Shown one piece after another: positions 44,422-54,262 of a DNA stretch of 64,000 nucleotides. Position 1 is the first letter of the stretch. Every line of letters starts with the position of its first letter. The stretch lies in IMG/VR virus record IMGVR_UViG_3300044653_000122; one strand, given 5' to 3'. The DNA comes from an uncultured virus (IMG/VR IMGVR_UViG_3300044653_000122) (Duplodnaviria; Heunggongvirae; Uroviricota; Caudoviricetes). The notes below the pieces were generated by a model. That model was not told where the DNA came from and did no database searches. It saw only the letters and a list, made by a program, of their open reading frames with translations. The position numbers and the translations under genes are program-made.

Positions 44422-44448
44422 AGTATATCGTCTTGGACGCGATTGCAA
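44422..44448 (-). promoter_or_regulatory. sigma70-like promoter heading the tRNA array
   Basis: TTGCAA-15 nt-TATACT (short spacer), A/T tracts upstream. Confidence 0.45.
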
Positions 44449-44503
44449 GAGAAAAAGTTCACCACCCCTCACTTTTTTTGAGGGGCCCCCATTTCCCGAA
44501 GAA

Positions 44504-45265
44504 TCACGGAGGGGTTTGCGAGACGGCCGGCTGGATCTGCGAGGAAGTAGGGTTAGGCGAATTGCCCGCCTGCACCTTGTGGAGTGCCCCTACGAAGGAG
44601 GTGTAGGTGGAGAAGACGGCCCCCCGTCCATAAAGAACGGAGGTCGGCTGAAACGCGCCCCAAGGACCCGTCACCGCCCCGACCACCTGTACTACACCAT
44701 TCACAAGGAAGGCGACGAAGCTCGGAAGCACCGTCCCGGTCGAATCCCAAAACAGCCGTAGCTGGAGGGGGACCCCAGCCGGGAGAGCCGATCCACTCGG
44801 AGCCCCGACGGCCTTCGTGATGCCGTTGACATCCGTCACGGTAAAGGAGGGCCGGTTGGAGGCATCGAGCCAGACGCCGATGTACGAGGTCGGCGTCCCC
44901 CCCGTTGGCGATGTAAGGAAACCGAGACCTTGAACCGTCCCTGCCACCCCCGTCGTCAAATCGACCTGGATCGCACCCATCGTCCCACCGAGCTGGGGAG
45001 ATGACCCGTTGCCGATGCCCAGCATCGGGCTCCGCGCGGTTGAGAGAAGGTCGTACTCCCCCCCACCTCGGACCTGCACGATCGCCCCAGGTAGGAGTTG
45101 GGTGACACGCCAGGGTCCGGGGGATGCCGCTTGCCCGAAGTTCGGACTCTCGCCAGGCCCGATGTTGGGTTGCACGCCCACCGTCGCGTACCCCGGGCCG
45201 TAGCCGTTGAAGCTCGCGTCGATGATGAGCCCGTTGGCTCCGATCATGAAAGGTCCGTCGGACAT
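44504..45265 (-). CDS. Gly/Thr-rich beta-type hypothetical protein (possible virion protein)
   Basis: amino-acid composition; AGGAG SD. Confidence 0.65.
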   Translation of the reverse strand: MSDGPFMIGANGLIIDASFNGYGPGYATVGVQPNIGPGESPNFGQAASPGPWRVTQLLPGAIVQVRGGGEYDLLSTARSPMLGIGNGSSPQLGGTMGAIQVDLTTGVAGTVQGLGFLTSPTGGTPTSYIGVWLDASNRPSFTVTDVNGITKAVGAPSGSALPAGVPLQLRLFWDSTGTVLPSFVAFLVNGVVQVVGAVTGPWGAFQPTSVLYGRGAVFSTYTSFVGALHKVQAGNSPNPTSSQIQPAVSQTPP

Positions 45266-45324
45266 GGGTTATGATCTCCTACGAGAGCAACCGCAAAAGC
45301 TCTTTTGCGGTTGCTCTTGACGGA

Positions 45325-45951
45325 ATGTATCCCTCGCGCGAAACGATCGACCCGCAAGTCAAGGCTATGTTGAAGACGGCCTCGGACGCGACGGGACCCT
45401 CCAAACTGTTCCAGTGCCAAATCTTCAACTCGCAGTGGGATCAGTTCGTCATGCACTGGGCCCCCATCATCTACGACTTTGTGGGTCACGCCCTCGGACC
45501 GTACGGGATGGAGCCGCTCCCAGAGATTCTTCCCATGTCCGATGGGGAACACTCTGCGGGTGCCACCGCCTCTTTCAGCCCGGGTACGGGTCAGGTTCGA
45601 CTGTCCGGCTCGGTCCACAACAAGGCCGGCCAGACGTTGGAGAAGCTCACCCACGAGTTTACCCACGGATCATTGGCCAAATTCCCCGAAGGCGATCCGT
45701 TCTACGAAGAGGGCTTCGTGGACTACTCGGTCTGGGTCATGGCGCACGCACCCATCTGGGAGCCTTTTCGCGATGAGATGATCGAGGCGGCTGCCTTCAA
45801 CATCAAGATTCGTCGCGAACGAGCCATGCTCGACTTGGCAGACTGGGACCGAAAGCGCTGGGCGGGGGGTCTCTACGCGAGTTTCTCCCGTGGCCCCTTC
45901 ATCATCGCCAGCTTGCGCCACCGCAAGAGCGAGAACAACTTTACCTGGTGA
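45325..45951 (+). CDS. HEXXH zincin-like protein
   Basis: LTHEFTH..FYEEG. Confidence 0.7.
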   Translation: MYPSRETIDPQVKAMLKTASDATGPSKLFQCQIFNSQWDQFVMHWAPIIYDFVGHALGPYGMEPLPEILPMSDGEHSAGATASFSPGTGQVRLSGSVHNKAGQTLEKLTHEFTHGSLAKFPEGDPFYEEGFVDYSVWVMAHAPIWEPFRDEMIEAAAFNIKIRRERAMLDLADWDRKRWAGGLYASFSRGPFIIASLRHRKSENNFTW

Positions 45952-45980
45952 CCCACCAGGAGTAAGAAAGAGAGGATCAG

Positions 45981-46187
45981 ATGCGTGTCCAGAAGGACTA
46001 CACGAAGCGCGGCCAGAGGACTCCGGGTGCCTCGGTCGTCCCGAGCGTGCTCGTGGATGAGGCCAAGATGGGCGTCGGGAGCGGTGCCTCTCAGGGTAAC
46101 ATCGAGACGATGATCGCCCATGAGCAGGCGATGCATACCCGCGTTCGTCGCAGCTACGTGCCGAACAAGAGCCTCAACAAGAAGTGA
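45981..46187 (+). CDS. hypothetical protein
   Basis: GAGG SD. Confidence 0.55.
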   Translation: MRVQKDYTKRGQRTPGASVVPSVLVDEAKMGVGSGASQGNIETMIAHEQAMHTRVRRSYVPNKSLNKK

Positions 46188-46194
46188 TGTAGAC

Positions 46195-46446
46195 GTGCCC
46201 GTGTGGTACGTTTACATCCTCGCCAACGATGCGGCTGATCGGCTCTATACAGGTGTCTCCCCGGACCCCGTACACCGCCTCGACCAGCACAACGGCAAGT
46301 GTGCGGGAGGGGCAAAAGCTACTCGGGCTGGACGTCCATGGCGGATCGTCTTCACCGAAGAACACCGCTCAAGGGGTCTCGCGCTCAAGCGAGAACGGGC
46401 CATCAAGAAAATGACCCGTTCCAAGAAACTCGCGCTCGTGTCCTAG
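46195..46446 (+). CDS. GIY-YIG nuclease (YhbQ/SLX1-like)
   Basis: WYVYIL..LYTGVS..RLDQHNG..GAKATR. Confidence 0.88.
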   Translation: MPVWYVYILANDAADRLYTGVSPDPVHRLDQHNGKCAGGAKATRAGRPWRIVFTEEHRSRGLALKRERAIKKMTRSKKLALVS

Positions 46447-48017
46447 TCGTCCTCGCCCGAGCCGTCGATGTTGGCGAGCATATCATCCACCATGCTCTTC
46501 GTGTTGCGCTTCGAGATGGTCTGTTCGGTCAGGAAGATGAGCCGACGCTCGGCGATCTTGAGGTACATACGGTCCCGCTCGATCGCGAGATAGTTGCAAC
46601 CCTTCTCCAAGGCCCCCACACACGTCGTCCCGGACCCACAGTAGGGGTCTAGCACCAGCCCCCCAACCGGAGTCACGAGAGCGACCAACCAGGCCATGAG
46701 GCTCACCGGCTTGACCGTCGGGTGGTCGTTGTCCTCCGCCTTGGCCATGACGAAGAGGTCTCGGATCTCCGCTGGGATGTTGTACTCAGCTTGGGGCTGT
46801 TTTGGATCCCACCCACTCATGGGCCAGTGGTCCGTCAGACGTTCCAGATCCTCCTCGGTGAGCTTCTCGTCCTTGAGTTTGAGTCGTCGTTCACCCTTCT
46901 TGGTAGAAGCCTTGCCCTGGAGGAGGCCATCGTTCTTCTCAGCCTTCGAGGCCTTGCCCGTGTAGAAAAAGGGCGCGTCAGGGACAAACTGGGGGAAGAA
47001 GCGAGAAGCCCCCCCAGTGTCTCCGAAAGTACCGCCGATCGTGGCGCGCGGCCCGAACCCATCGTGATAGCCGCCCAGACCATCAGATCGTTGGCGCTGT
47101 TGGTCGGCATGCATCATCCCACTCGTGAGTGTCCCGCTCTGGACATCCATCATCTTAACCGGGCACCCATCAACACAGGCAGAAACAGGGGGGTCTCCCG
47201 TGCCGACTTGTACACACTCCGGGCTGTGCGACATCACCACGTTCGGGGGCCATCTTCCAGCGATCGTGACCTCGCTCGCGCCCGAGAGGTCAGAGGAGTT
47301 CTTCCAGGAGCCCTCCCACGAACCTCCTTCGGAACGGATACGCTCCACTTGCTCCTTGTGCTTCTCGAAATCCTCGGCGTTCGCATGCTTGATGCGACTT
47401 GCGTTGATGTTGAGGCCCCCGGTCCCCGTCGCTTCCACCTGGTCCGCCAAGGACTCGTGTTCGAGCGGCTTGCGGAAGCAGAGGATGGGTTCCCAGGCGG
47501 GCTTGAGCGCAGTCCCATACCCCTCGAAGAGATCAGCGAGCTTGTTGAGCCGCTCGGCTTCCTCCTTCTTGGCCTTCTTGGCCTTCTCGCGGAGCTTCTT
47601 CGAGATGTTCGTGCTCTTTGGGAAACCTTGACCATGAAGCCACTGGAGGCACGGGGAGCCAAAAAGGCTGGAGATGGTGTCCCGGTTGTCAAACCCCGCA
47701 GCACGTAGACCGATGCTCATGATGTCCCAGGTCCGTGTGCCGGCAAAGCTAAGAACATACCCCCCAGGCTTGAGCACGCGGAAGCACTCCTTCCACGTGG
47801 GGACCGTGGGGATCTCCCACGGTTTCCCCATGAAGTCCCCTCCAGTATCGAGCGACTTGCCCTGGAGATATAGTTCGATGTCCCGTGCTGTGGGTTCCTT
47901 GGTGCCGAGACCGTACGGCGGATCGGTAATGACCGAATCCACGCAAGCATCGGGGAGCGTACGAAGGACTTCCTCACATGCTCCGAAGAGGATCTTGTTG
48001 GTCGGGAGTTCAGTCAT
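46443..48017 (-). CDS. N4/N6 DNA methyltransferase (beta class)
   Basis: ITDPPY, RVLKPGG, HPTVKP, VLDPYCGSGTT. Confidence 0.92.
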   Translation of the reverse strand: MTELPTNKILFGACEEVLRTLPDACVDSVITDPPYGLGTKEPTARDIELYLQGKSLDTGGDFMGKPWEIPTVPTWKECFRVLKPGGYVLSFAGTRTWDIMSIGLRAAGFDNRDTISSLFGSPCLQWLHGQGFPKSTNISKKLREKAKKAKKEEAERLNKLADLFEGYGTALKPAWEPILCFRKPLEHESLADQVEATGTGGLNINASRIKHANAEDFEKHKEQVERIRSEGGSWEGSWKNSSDLSGASEVTIAGRWPPNVVMSHSPECVQVGTGDPPVSACVDGCPVKMMDVQSGTLTSGMMHADQQRQRSDGLGGYHDGFGPRATIGGTFGDTGGASRFFPQFVPDAPFFYTGKASKAEKNDGLLQGKASTKKGERRLKLKDEKLTEEDLERLTDHWPMSGWDPKQPQAEYNIPAEIRDLFVMAKAEDNDHPTVKPVSLMAWLVALVTPVGGLVLDPYCGSGTTCVGALEKGCNYLAIERDRMYLKIAERRLIFLTEQTISKRNTKSMVDDMLANIDGSGEDD

Positions 48018-48030
48018 CACAGGCGCCCTT

Positions 48031-48624
48031 CTACACCGAAATGAAGCATTCTCGCTCGGGCGGGGTGATGAGCTTTCGCATCCATTCGACCATCCCGCCG
48101 ATGCTCTCAAACTGCCAGAAAAACCGCGAATCTTCGAGATGTCTTACCGGGCAGCGTGTGGTGCATTCCCACGTCTGGATGTCGTCGATGACTCCCAGGT
48201 TCTTGCAGCTCTTGTCATGGATAAAGAGAACATTGACTGGCCAACGGCCGAGGGGGTTTGCGGGAGGGGCTTCCGTGTCGGCCTCGCTGTCGAGAGCCTG
48301 ATTGTCGAAGACCCGGTAGCTACGAATCCTACCCCAAGGGACCTGTGCTTTGCCAGGGACACGGCAACCGTCGATGTTCAGGCATCCGACTCCATCCGCC
48401 ATGATGCCTTCGAGGAGACCCTGTTCTGCAAGCGGCTTGCGAAGCAAAAACGCCGAGGAGGCTTTCGGGCCTGGGAGGAAGAGCGCGAACGAGTCTTGGA
48501 TCTGGAGCCCGCTCAGACGAAACTGGACGGCGAGGTCGGGGCCTCCGAGAGCCATGAGGTAGGCACCAGCCTTCAGGCTGGCCACGAGATCCGTGTCCAG
48601 ACCTCGCACGATGGCGGCATCCAC
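48031..48624 (-). CDS. degenerate methyltransferase-related protein
   Basis: RKPL..G.LNI..R..GRWP.NV..H..C..CPV shared with the adjacent MTase; no DPPY. Confidence 0.65.
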   Translation of the reverse strand: MDAAIVRGLDTDLVASLKAGAYLMALGGPDLAVQFRLSGLQIQDSFALFLPGPKASSAFLLRKPLAEQGLLEGIMADGVGCLNIDGCRVPGKAQVPWGRIRSYRVFDNQALDSEADTEAPPANPLGRWPVNVLFIHDKSCKNLGVIDDIQTWECTTRCPVRHLEDSRFFWQFESIGGMVEWMRKLITPPERECFISV

Positions 48625-48652
48625 GACCTGCGGCCTACACCGCTGAGCGCGC

Positions 48653-49564
48653 TCAGCGCTCGTAGTATCGCTTCACGACCTGATAAATGGTCGGCTTGAT
48701 AAACGCCTGCCAGTTCTCGGGGGTCATGCCCGTTGACCTGCTGCTCTGATCAATGTGAGGGAGCATCGACGGGGCCCCGGTGCGATAGTCCCCGATGATC
48801 TCCTTCGCATCGTATCCCTGAGCCAACAGTTGAAGGAACTTCACGGCGTCTCCCCGAGCCTTGGAGATCCCCTCCAGTTCCTTTCGGAGACCCGGATCCT
48901 CGTGAATGTCCTTGAGCACTTTCTCCGCGAAGTTGGCGTCATCATCGTGGGGGGAGATGAGTTCCGGGCCCCCGTTCTCCGAGTCGTCGATGGTAACGTG
49001 GTGCTTCTGCGACTTCTGCTCGTTGAGGAAAGTGTTCTTGATGGCCACCTTGATGTACTTGATAGCCGAGGCAAATGGCTCGCCCTTGATGTGGGAACCC
49101 CCGCCTTTCCAGATGGTCTCAAAGACCTTGGAGACGATGTTGTCCGCCTTCGCAGGGTTCTTGGCGAGGGCGAGAGCCTCCTTGTGCATGCCATCGGAAA
49201 TCTGACGCCCATAGCCGCCTGGCAACATCTTGATGAGTTGGTTGACCTGTTCGTGCCAACCCTTCTTACCGAACTTCTCGGAGAACTCCGACATGAACGC
49301 GGCGGTATCCTTTCCATGAACTGGGGGCATCCCGTGGACCCCCGCCAGCAGGAAGACAGCGGCGAGGGCCTGACCGTAGTGGTCGTAGCTCTCCCGGGCA
49401 AGAACGAGCCAAACGGCCGCCAGTCGCTCGAACGCCGACTGGGAGGCCCAGATCCTCCGTCGGACTTCGCTCGCCTGCTTCCGCAGCTCAATGTGGCCGA
49501 TGCTCGCCTGAAGGCGACGACAAAGGGTTGCAGCCTCTTGGGCGACGTCCTGTACGATGCTCAT
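48653..49564 (-). CDS. hypothetical protein with ECF-sigma region-2-like segment
   Basis: ADNIVSKVFETIW..F..YIKVAIKNTFLNE. Confidence 0.6.
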   Translation of the reverse strand: MSIVQDVAQEAATLCRRLQASIGHIELRKQASEVRRRIWASQSAFERLAAVWLVLARESYDHYGQALAAVFLLAGVHGMPPVHGKDTAAFMSEFSEKFGKKGWHEQVNQLIKMLPGGYGRQISDGMHKEALALAKNPAKADNIVSKVFETIWKGGGSHIKGEPFASAIKYIKVAIKNTFLNEQKSQKHHVTIDDSENGGPELISPHDDDANFAEKVLKDIHEDPGLRKELEGISKARGDAVKFLQLLAQGYDAKEIIGDYRTGAPSMLPHIDQSSRSTGMTPENWQAFIKPTIYQVVKRYYER

Positions 49565-49594
49565 CCTGTCGGTATCATCCGACAAGAGGAATAC

Positions 49595-49936
49595 TCAGCT
49601 CGATTCTACGAACAACACCTTACGGATACCCTCTTCACCGTCGGGCCAGCCGAGTATCCGAGCCAGCCTGAGTTGTTCTTGAGTGAGAGGCTGGGCGGGA
49701 AGGTCGTTGCGAACGAAGCCATCGAAGCCGTCAGGGTGCAGGTAGTTGAACGAACGCGTCCAGTAGTACCCCTCCTTCGGTTCTTCGGTTTGGAGGATCG
49801 TGCTGTAGAAAGTCAGCTTGTTCTTGTCAAACCAGATGAAGTTCTGTCCGGGTTCGAGTGCTTTCGTCCAGCTTCGATCGATTGTAATGTGAGGGGCCAT
49901 TTCATTCTCGCCCTCTGTACTTCCCTCTTCACCCAT
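49595..49936 (-). CDS. hypothetical protein
   Basis: packed co-oriented ORF. Confidence 0.55.
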   Translation of the reverse strand: MGEEGSTEGENEMAPHITIDRSWTKALEPGQNFIWFDKNKLTFYSTILQTEEPKEGYYWTRSFNYLHPDGFDGFVRNDLPAQPLTQEQLRLARILGWPDGEEGIRKVLFVESS

Positions 49937-49938
49937 GA

Positions 49939-50949
49939 TCAAACCTGCGCGGCCCGGGTGCGGAAGTCGGCAATCGACTTCAGCAGAGAGCGCCGGACCC
50001 GATCCGGAATGTCCAACTTGCGGACGGTCTCCGACAAGGGAACCCCTCGCTCCAGAAGCGCGTACATCTGGATTTCGGTTTGCTCGACAGGTTTGCACTG
50101 AACGACATCCGTGCCCTGCATGCTCTCGTGAAGAGTCTTCGAGAGCCGCGTCACGCACTCCTTGGCCAGGGCTCGCGTCTCCTGAAACGTACCCGTGGGG
50201 TCGACCAGCTCGTTCTCCCAGTTGGCCTCTGACTCGTCAGCACCGTCCCGAATGTACATCGGCCGGTCCTGTGACCACTTGCGCGCGTAGGTACGACACC
50301 AGTTAGAAAAGTCCGAGAAAACGGATTTGCTGAGGTACGCCTGGAAATGGGCCTTCGTCGGCTTCACTTCGGGGAGCTTGGATTCCGCAGGGTTCTCAAA
50401 GAACCCCATCTTCGAAAGACGAACGATCTCGTCCGACAGGTACATCGCATCGGGTCGGTGACACCCGTAGCTCACCAAACGGGGCGCATAACCTTTCTCG
50501 ATGAGCAAACCGTTCGTCCTTCTCGCACGACTTTCGCACTCCTTCCAGTCATTCGGCAAGGGCATCCAGTGCCCCAGCCGGTACCCGATGATCCTGTTGG
50601 GATCGCGGTGGCTCTTGATCGCCTCACCGCAGTGGTATGCCCACTGCGCTTTCCGCCACGTATCCCACGAGATCCCGAGGTAGTCGCAGGCCTGGAGCGC
50701 GCTCACGTTCCGCGGGAGCTTGTTCGTGAGCGACTCGCGAAACAGCTTGAGAATGTCCTTCTCGATCAGGCGCTTCCAGATGTAGGAGTTCAACTCCTCG
50801 AAGTTCCGTCCGACTTTGTTGTGCTTCCGCAGCGCTGATGCCACGAAGCCGGCATACTTCGTGTGTAGTTCCTTGTAGGTGGTAGGGATCTCATCGTCGA
50901 CAGCCGTCGTCGTCGTTCCCGCCGCGTTCGATACCGTCATCTGGTCCAC
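49939..50949 (-). CDS. sigma-factor-like protein with insertion
   Basis: YKELHTKY..FEEL..IWKRL; FQAYLSKSV..NWCR; C-terminal HTH. Confidence 0.6.
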   Translation of the reverse strand: MDQMTVSNAAGTTTTAVDDEIPTTYKELHTKYAGFVASALRKHNKVGRNFEELNSYIWKRLIEKDILKLFRESLTNKLPRNVSALQACDYLGISWDTWRKAQWAYHCGEAIKSHRDPNRIIGYRLGHWMPLPNDWKECESRARRTNGLLIEKGYAPRLVSYGCHRPDAMYLSDEIVRLSKMGFFENPAESKLPEVKPTKAHFQAYLSKSVFSDFSNWCRTYARKWSQDRPMYIRDGADESEANWENELVDPTGTFQETRALAKECVTRLSKTLHESMQGTDVVQCKPVEQTEIQMYALLERGVPLSETVRKLDIPDRVRRSLLKSIADFRTRAAQV

Positions 50950-51316
50950 CCCTCATCTACGCGGATGGGGCCCCCCGATCAAAGGGTGCCCGGTTCGTTC
51001 TTTGCAGCGTGCCCGTGCACCACCACCGAAAGGGCCCGAGTCCTAGCCCAAACCCCGCCCTCCCGTCCAGGCAAAAACTGCCACGGTGTGGCGGGAGAGT
51101 GGTCAAAATGAGAACCCCACCGCTTCTCCACAACTTTCCCCACAAAACGGAGCGCCCGGTGTATAGAGCGATCGTGAGTTTTGACGCGCGAGGCCATTCG
51201 TGAGTACCAGCCGGTGTACTGACAGGCCGTCCGCCCCTGGGAAGCATCCCGTACGCGGGGAGGTATTCGATACTACTGGGACAAGTGCTCCCTCGGTCGC
51301 CAGAATCTTCCACGAG

Positions 51317-51820
51317 ATGGATGCCCTCCAGGCCACCCTCCAGGTCGTTGACAGGGGAGGGAGTCGGGACAGAGCCCGGCTCCTCGGTCGTACTTTTCTG
51401 GCACGACTCGAACCGAAGGCTGTCGATGAGCTGATCACGGAGGCCGCCCTGCAACGGATCCTCGGTCGCCCCATCCCTTCGCCCACCTTCACCCCGTGCC
51501 CCGGCCCCTGGGAAAGGCACGTCGCCGAGACTGCTGCTATCGCATGGCTCCTCTGGGCGAGCGGAAAGGGACCCCAGGCTTGCGAGGTCGTGCATCTCCT
51601 GCGCTCCCGCCAGAAGGAGAAGGAGACCTTCTCCGGGCAAGGGGGTGCACTCCACCTGCTGACGCTCTCGTTCTGGACCGAGGCGACCACCCACCTTGTG
51701 GGTGGAGATCCCATCGGGGCTCGCCGCTTCTTCAAACGGGCCCTCTCGATGGGTTCGCAATTCGGCACCGACAGTCATCCCATGATCTCCTGGGCGTACG
51801 TCGCCTCGTTTTTCGTGTAA
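51317..51820 (+). CDS. hypothetical protein
   Basis: ORF, start uncertain. Confidence 0.5.
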   Translation: MDALQATLQVVDRGGSRDRARLLGRTFLARLEPKAVDELITEAALQRILGRPIPSPTFTPCPGPWERHVAETAAIAWLLWASGKGPQACEVVHLLRSRQKEKETFSGQGGALHLLTLSFWTEATTHLVGGDPIGARRFFKRALSMGSQFGTDSHPMISWAYVASFFV

Positions 51821-51822
51821 CC

Positions 51823-52260
51823 TTACTTCGGCCAGGTCACACGAGGGGTCGCTGTCTGTACCTCGATCAGTTCGAGGATCATCTCCCGATCTTCAGCATC
51901 GAGGCGAGCCAGCTTGTCGAAGAAGCCCTCCGCGAGATCCACCACGACCCGCTTGCGAAAGAGCAGCCGGAAGACATCTCCTGGGATGCCTGCTTCAGAA
52001 GCCAAGAGGTCAACCCCCGATCGTACCCGAGGAGATGCGGAAGGGAAGGTCACCATGACGCTTCCCAGGTGCCCTTCGAGCCGAACGGATTTTTCGTTTC
52101 GACGATCGATGATGCCCGTCTCTCCCAATTGCCGGAGAGCCCTCTTGATTTCTTCCAGCTCCACCGACTGTGCCTTGATGGATCGATCAAGTTCGATCCC
52201 GTAGTCCACGATCGTCGGTACATCGCCAGAGGCCATGACCTCCTGCGCGGTCTTGAGCAT
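51823..52260 (-). CDS. hypothetical protein
   Basis: AGGAG SD. Confidence 0.65.
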   Translation of the reverse strand: MLKTAQEVMASGDVPTIVDYGIELDRSIKAQSVELEEIKRALRQLGETGIIDRRNEKSVRLEGHLGSVMVTFPSASPRVRSGVDLLASEAGIPGDVFRLLFRKRVVVDLAEGFFDKLARLDAEDREMILELIEVQTATPRVTWPK

Positions 52261-52946
52261 CGATTATCTCCTGCAAGGGGACAACCTGCTCGAAAGTCGA
52301 GCTAGGAGGTCCACGAGCTTCGGCCCATGTCTACCGTCGGGGTTAGAGCCCGTCAACAAAAAACGTCGCCATCTCGGTCACCTGTGTTTTCCTCCTGCCG
52401 ATACTCTGTTCGCCGATGCTTCTACTACTACCTGCTCTGTCGTTTCTGTCGCTGCTGCTGCCGTCTGTATCGTCGCTGCGCTGTTGCTTGCTTCCGGTCT
52501 TTTTTTGGAGTCCTCAACTTCACCACCTCAGAGAGAGTAAATTTGATCTCTTAGAGGAGAGGTCTTTGTGGCCCAAAAAGGCCTCGTCGGGATGACCTCA
52601 GCGGTTACTTTGGCCGGAACAGAGCATAGAGCCCCGAAGCCCTGCTCTCTGTTCGCGTCACCATCCTCGGAGTGCTCGCTCTTCACCGGATGGTGAGACC
52701 ATCTCCCGGGCGTACGGCTGGCTTTGACCCGGGTTGAGGCAGTTGGTTTTTTCAGAGTGTTGGTCCGCCGAGCAGCGGCACCCTGACCTCACGAGGAGGC
52801 ACGGAACCTGGTAACCGATAGTCGCAAAGCCCTGCGACCGGCCCCGCTCTACACCTCGCGATCACGCTTGACCGCTCCATGATCGCGTTTCTTTGCTTAT
52901 GGGCCGTCAGGAAAGGGAGCGCCTCGCACGGTGTAGGGGCTCGATC

Positions 52947-53273
52947 ATGATACCGGCGACGATCGTTGAACTGGGAGACGTAGCAGGAAAGCCAAGGGCA
53001 AAGGTGGATCTTCCCTCACCTCTTCGAAACGGCGATCGAATCGCCCTGCGCTTCCGACTCACACGTCAGCACAACGGGCGCTCTGAGGTGCTCGATGTAG
53101 ACGGGGAGTTCGCTGTCAGGTCTGTCAGTTTCGATGCCACCTCGGGTCCCCCTCGCCAGAAGATCACGGTCGAGGCTACAACCGTTTCTCCCGTGTGGAG
53201 AGCGGTGAAAAAGCTGCATCCTCCACGCCGACCTTTCGGGCCGGCCCGAGCCAAACGAACGGTCATCGAGTGA
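52947..53273 (+). CDS. hypothetical protein
   Basis: ATG 11 nt after GGTGTA motif. Confidence 0.6.
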   Translation: MIPATIVELGDVAGKPRAKVDLPSPLRNGDRIALRFRLTRQHNGRSEVLDVDGEFAVRSVSFDATSGPPRQKITVEATTVSPVWRAVKKLHPPRRPFGPARAKRTVIE

Positions 53274-53575
53274 GCGACACACGAACTACCATTCCCGACC
53301 TCTTCACACAGATCCCGAACGCGATCTGGTCCCCTGCTGCACCCTTCCCCCTCGTTTACAGGGGGACCCCTGTCGAGATGGTCCAGCAGATGGCGAACGA
53401 AATGGGTCCCGGTGTAACCGTCTCGCAAGCGATGAACACCCTCTTGGAGGCTCTCGCGAAGGAGGGTCGGCTGCGGATTCAGATTACAGGAGACCCTCCT
53501 GAGGAGGTACTGGCGGGCATCTTCGTCTTCTCTCTGCTTCGCCACGGGGTCCTTCACCCGATGGCCCAGGCGTGA
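53270..53575 (+). CDS. hypothetical protein
   Basis: GTGA overlap with previous ORF. Confidence 0.55.
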   Translation: MSDTRTTIPDLFTQIPNAIWSPAAPFPLVYRGTPVEMVQQMANEMGPGVTVSQAMNTLLEALAKEGRLRIQITGDPPEEVLAGIFVFSLLRHGVLHPMAQA

Positions 53576-53576
53576 C

Positions 53577-53930
53577 TCAGGAGGCGTTTTCCTCGATGCC
53601 CAGCGCTCGCTTAGAAGCTGCGTCGCAGGCAGCCAGGACGGTGGCTCGAAAGCCCTCCCAGAGGGCTCGATAGAACTCGGCCTGGGCGTCGTGGTCGCAG
53701 AAGGTGTTGAGATCGGCGTTAATTCGCATTGCCTCCTCCCAATCACCCTCGATGACGGCCTCGATGGCTTGCTCGTGGAACGCTGTCGCGAAGATCGAGA
53801 CCTTCTTAATGCGCTCCAGCTCGACAGCGAGTTCGATGACGGTGCTCAGCCTGGCTTTCCTTTCAGGTCGCTCGGCCAGGCAGTAGGAACTGAGAAGAGC
53901 CTTCACCTGACGGTCCTCGACGGACGCCAT
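53577..53930 (-). CDS. hypothetical protein
   Basis: packed ORF, start uncertain. Confidence 0.5.
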   Translation of the reverse strand: MASVEDRQVKALLSSYCLAERPERKARLSTVIELAVELERIKKVSIFATAFHEQAIEAVIEGDWEEAMRINADLNTFCDHDAQAEFYRALWEGFRATVLAACDAASKRALGIEENAS

Positions 53931-53977
53931 GGCCCGGTGGAGAGCAGCCCGGAAGGGATTCTTGAAGGGCGGGTCAC

Positions 53978-54262
53978 TCACGGTTTGCGCCCGAAGTTTG
54001 GGAAGCCCCAGTCCCGCATCTTCTGGGCGAACGCCCGTTTCTTCCAGGGCAGGTTTGCCCACAGACGCCAGAGGCCAGGACTTACGGCGAAAACAGCGCC
54101 GCCCACACGGTGCCGCCAGTGGTTGACCCACCCACCTTTTGCACAGAGGTCACACTTCGAGTTGAACCGCTGGTGCCTTGAGCAGATCGAGTACCAGTCG
54201 CGCCGAGTGGGGCCCCAGCCTCGACGTGTATCAGTCTCGTCCTTTGGGTTGCTGTCCTTCAC
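53978..54262 (-). CDS. hypothetical protein
   Basis: 4-nt overlap; CxxH..CxxC. Confidence 0.5.
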   Translation of the reverse strand: MKDSNPKDETDTRRGWGPTRRDWYSICSRHQRFNSKCDLCAKGGWVNHWRHRVGGAVFAVSPGLWRLWANLPWKKRAFAQKMRDWGFPNFGRKP

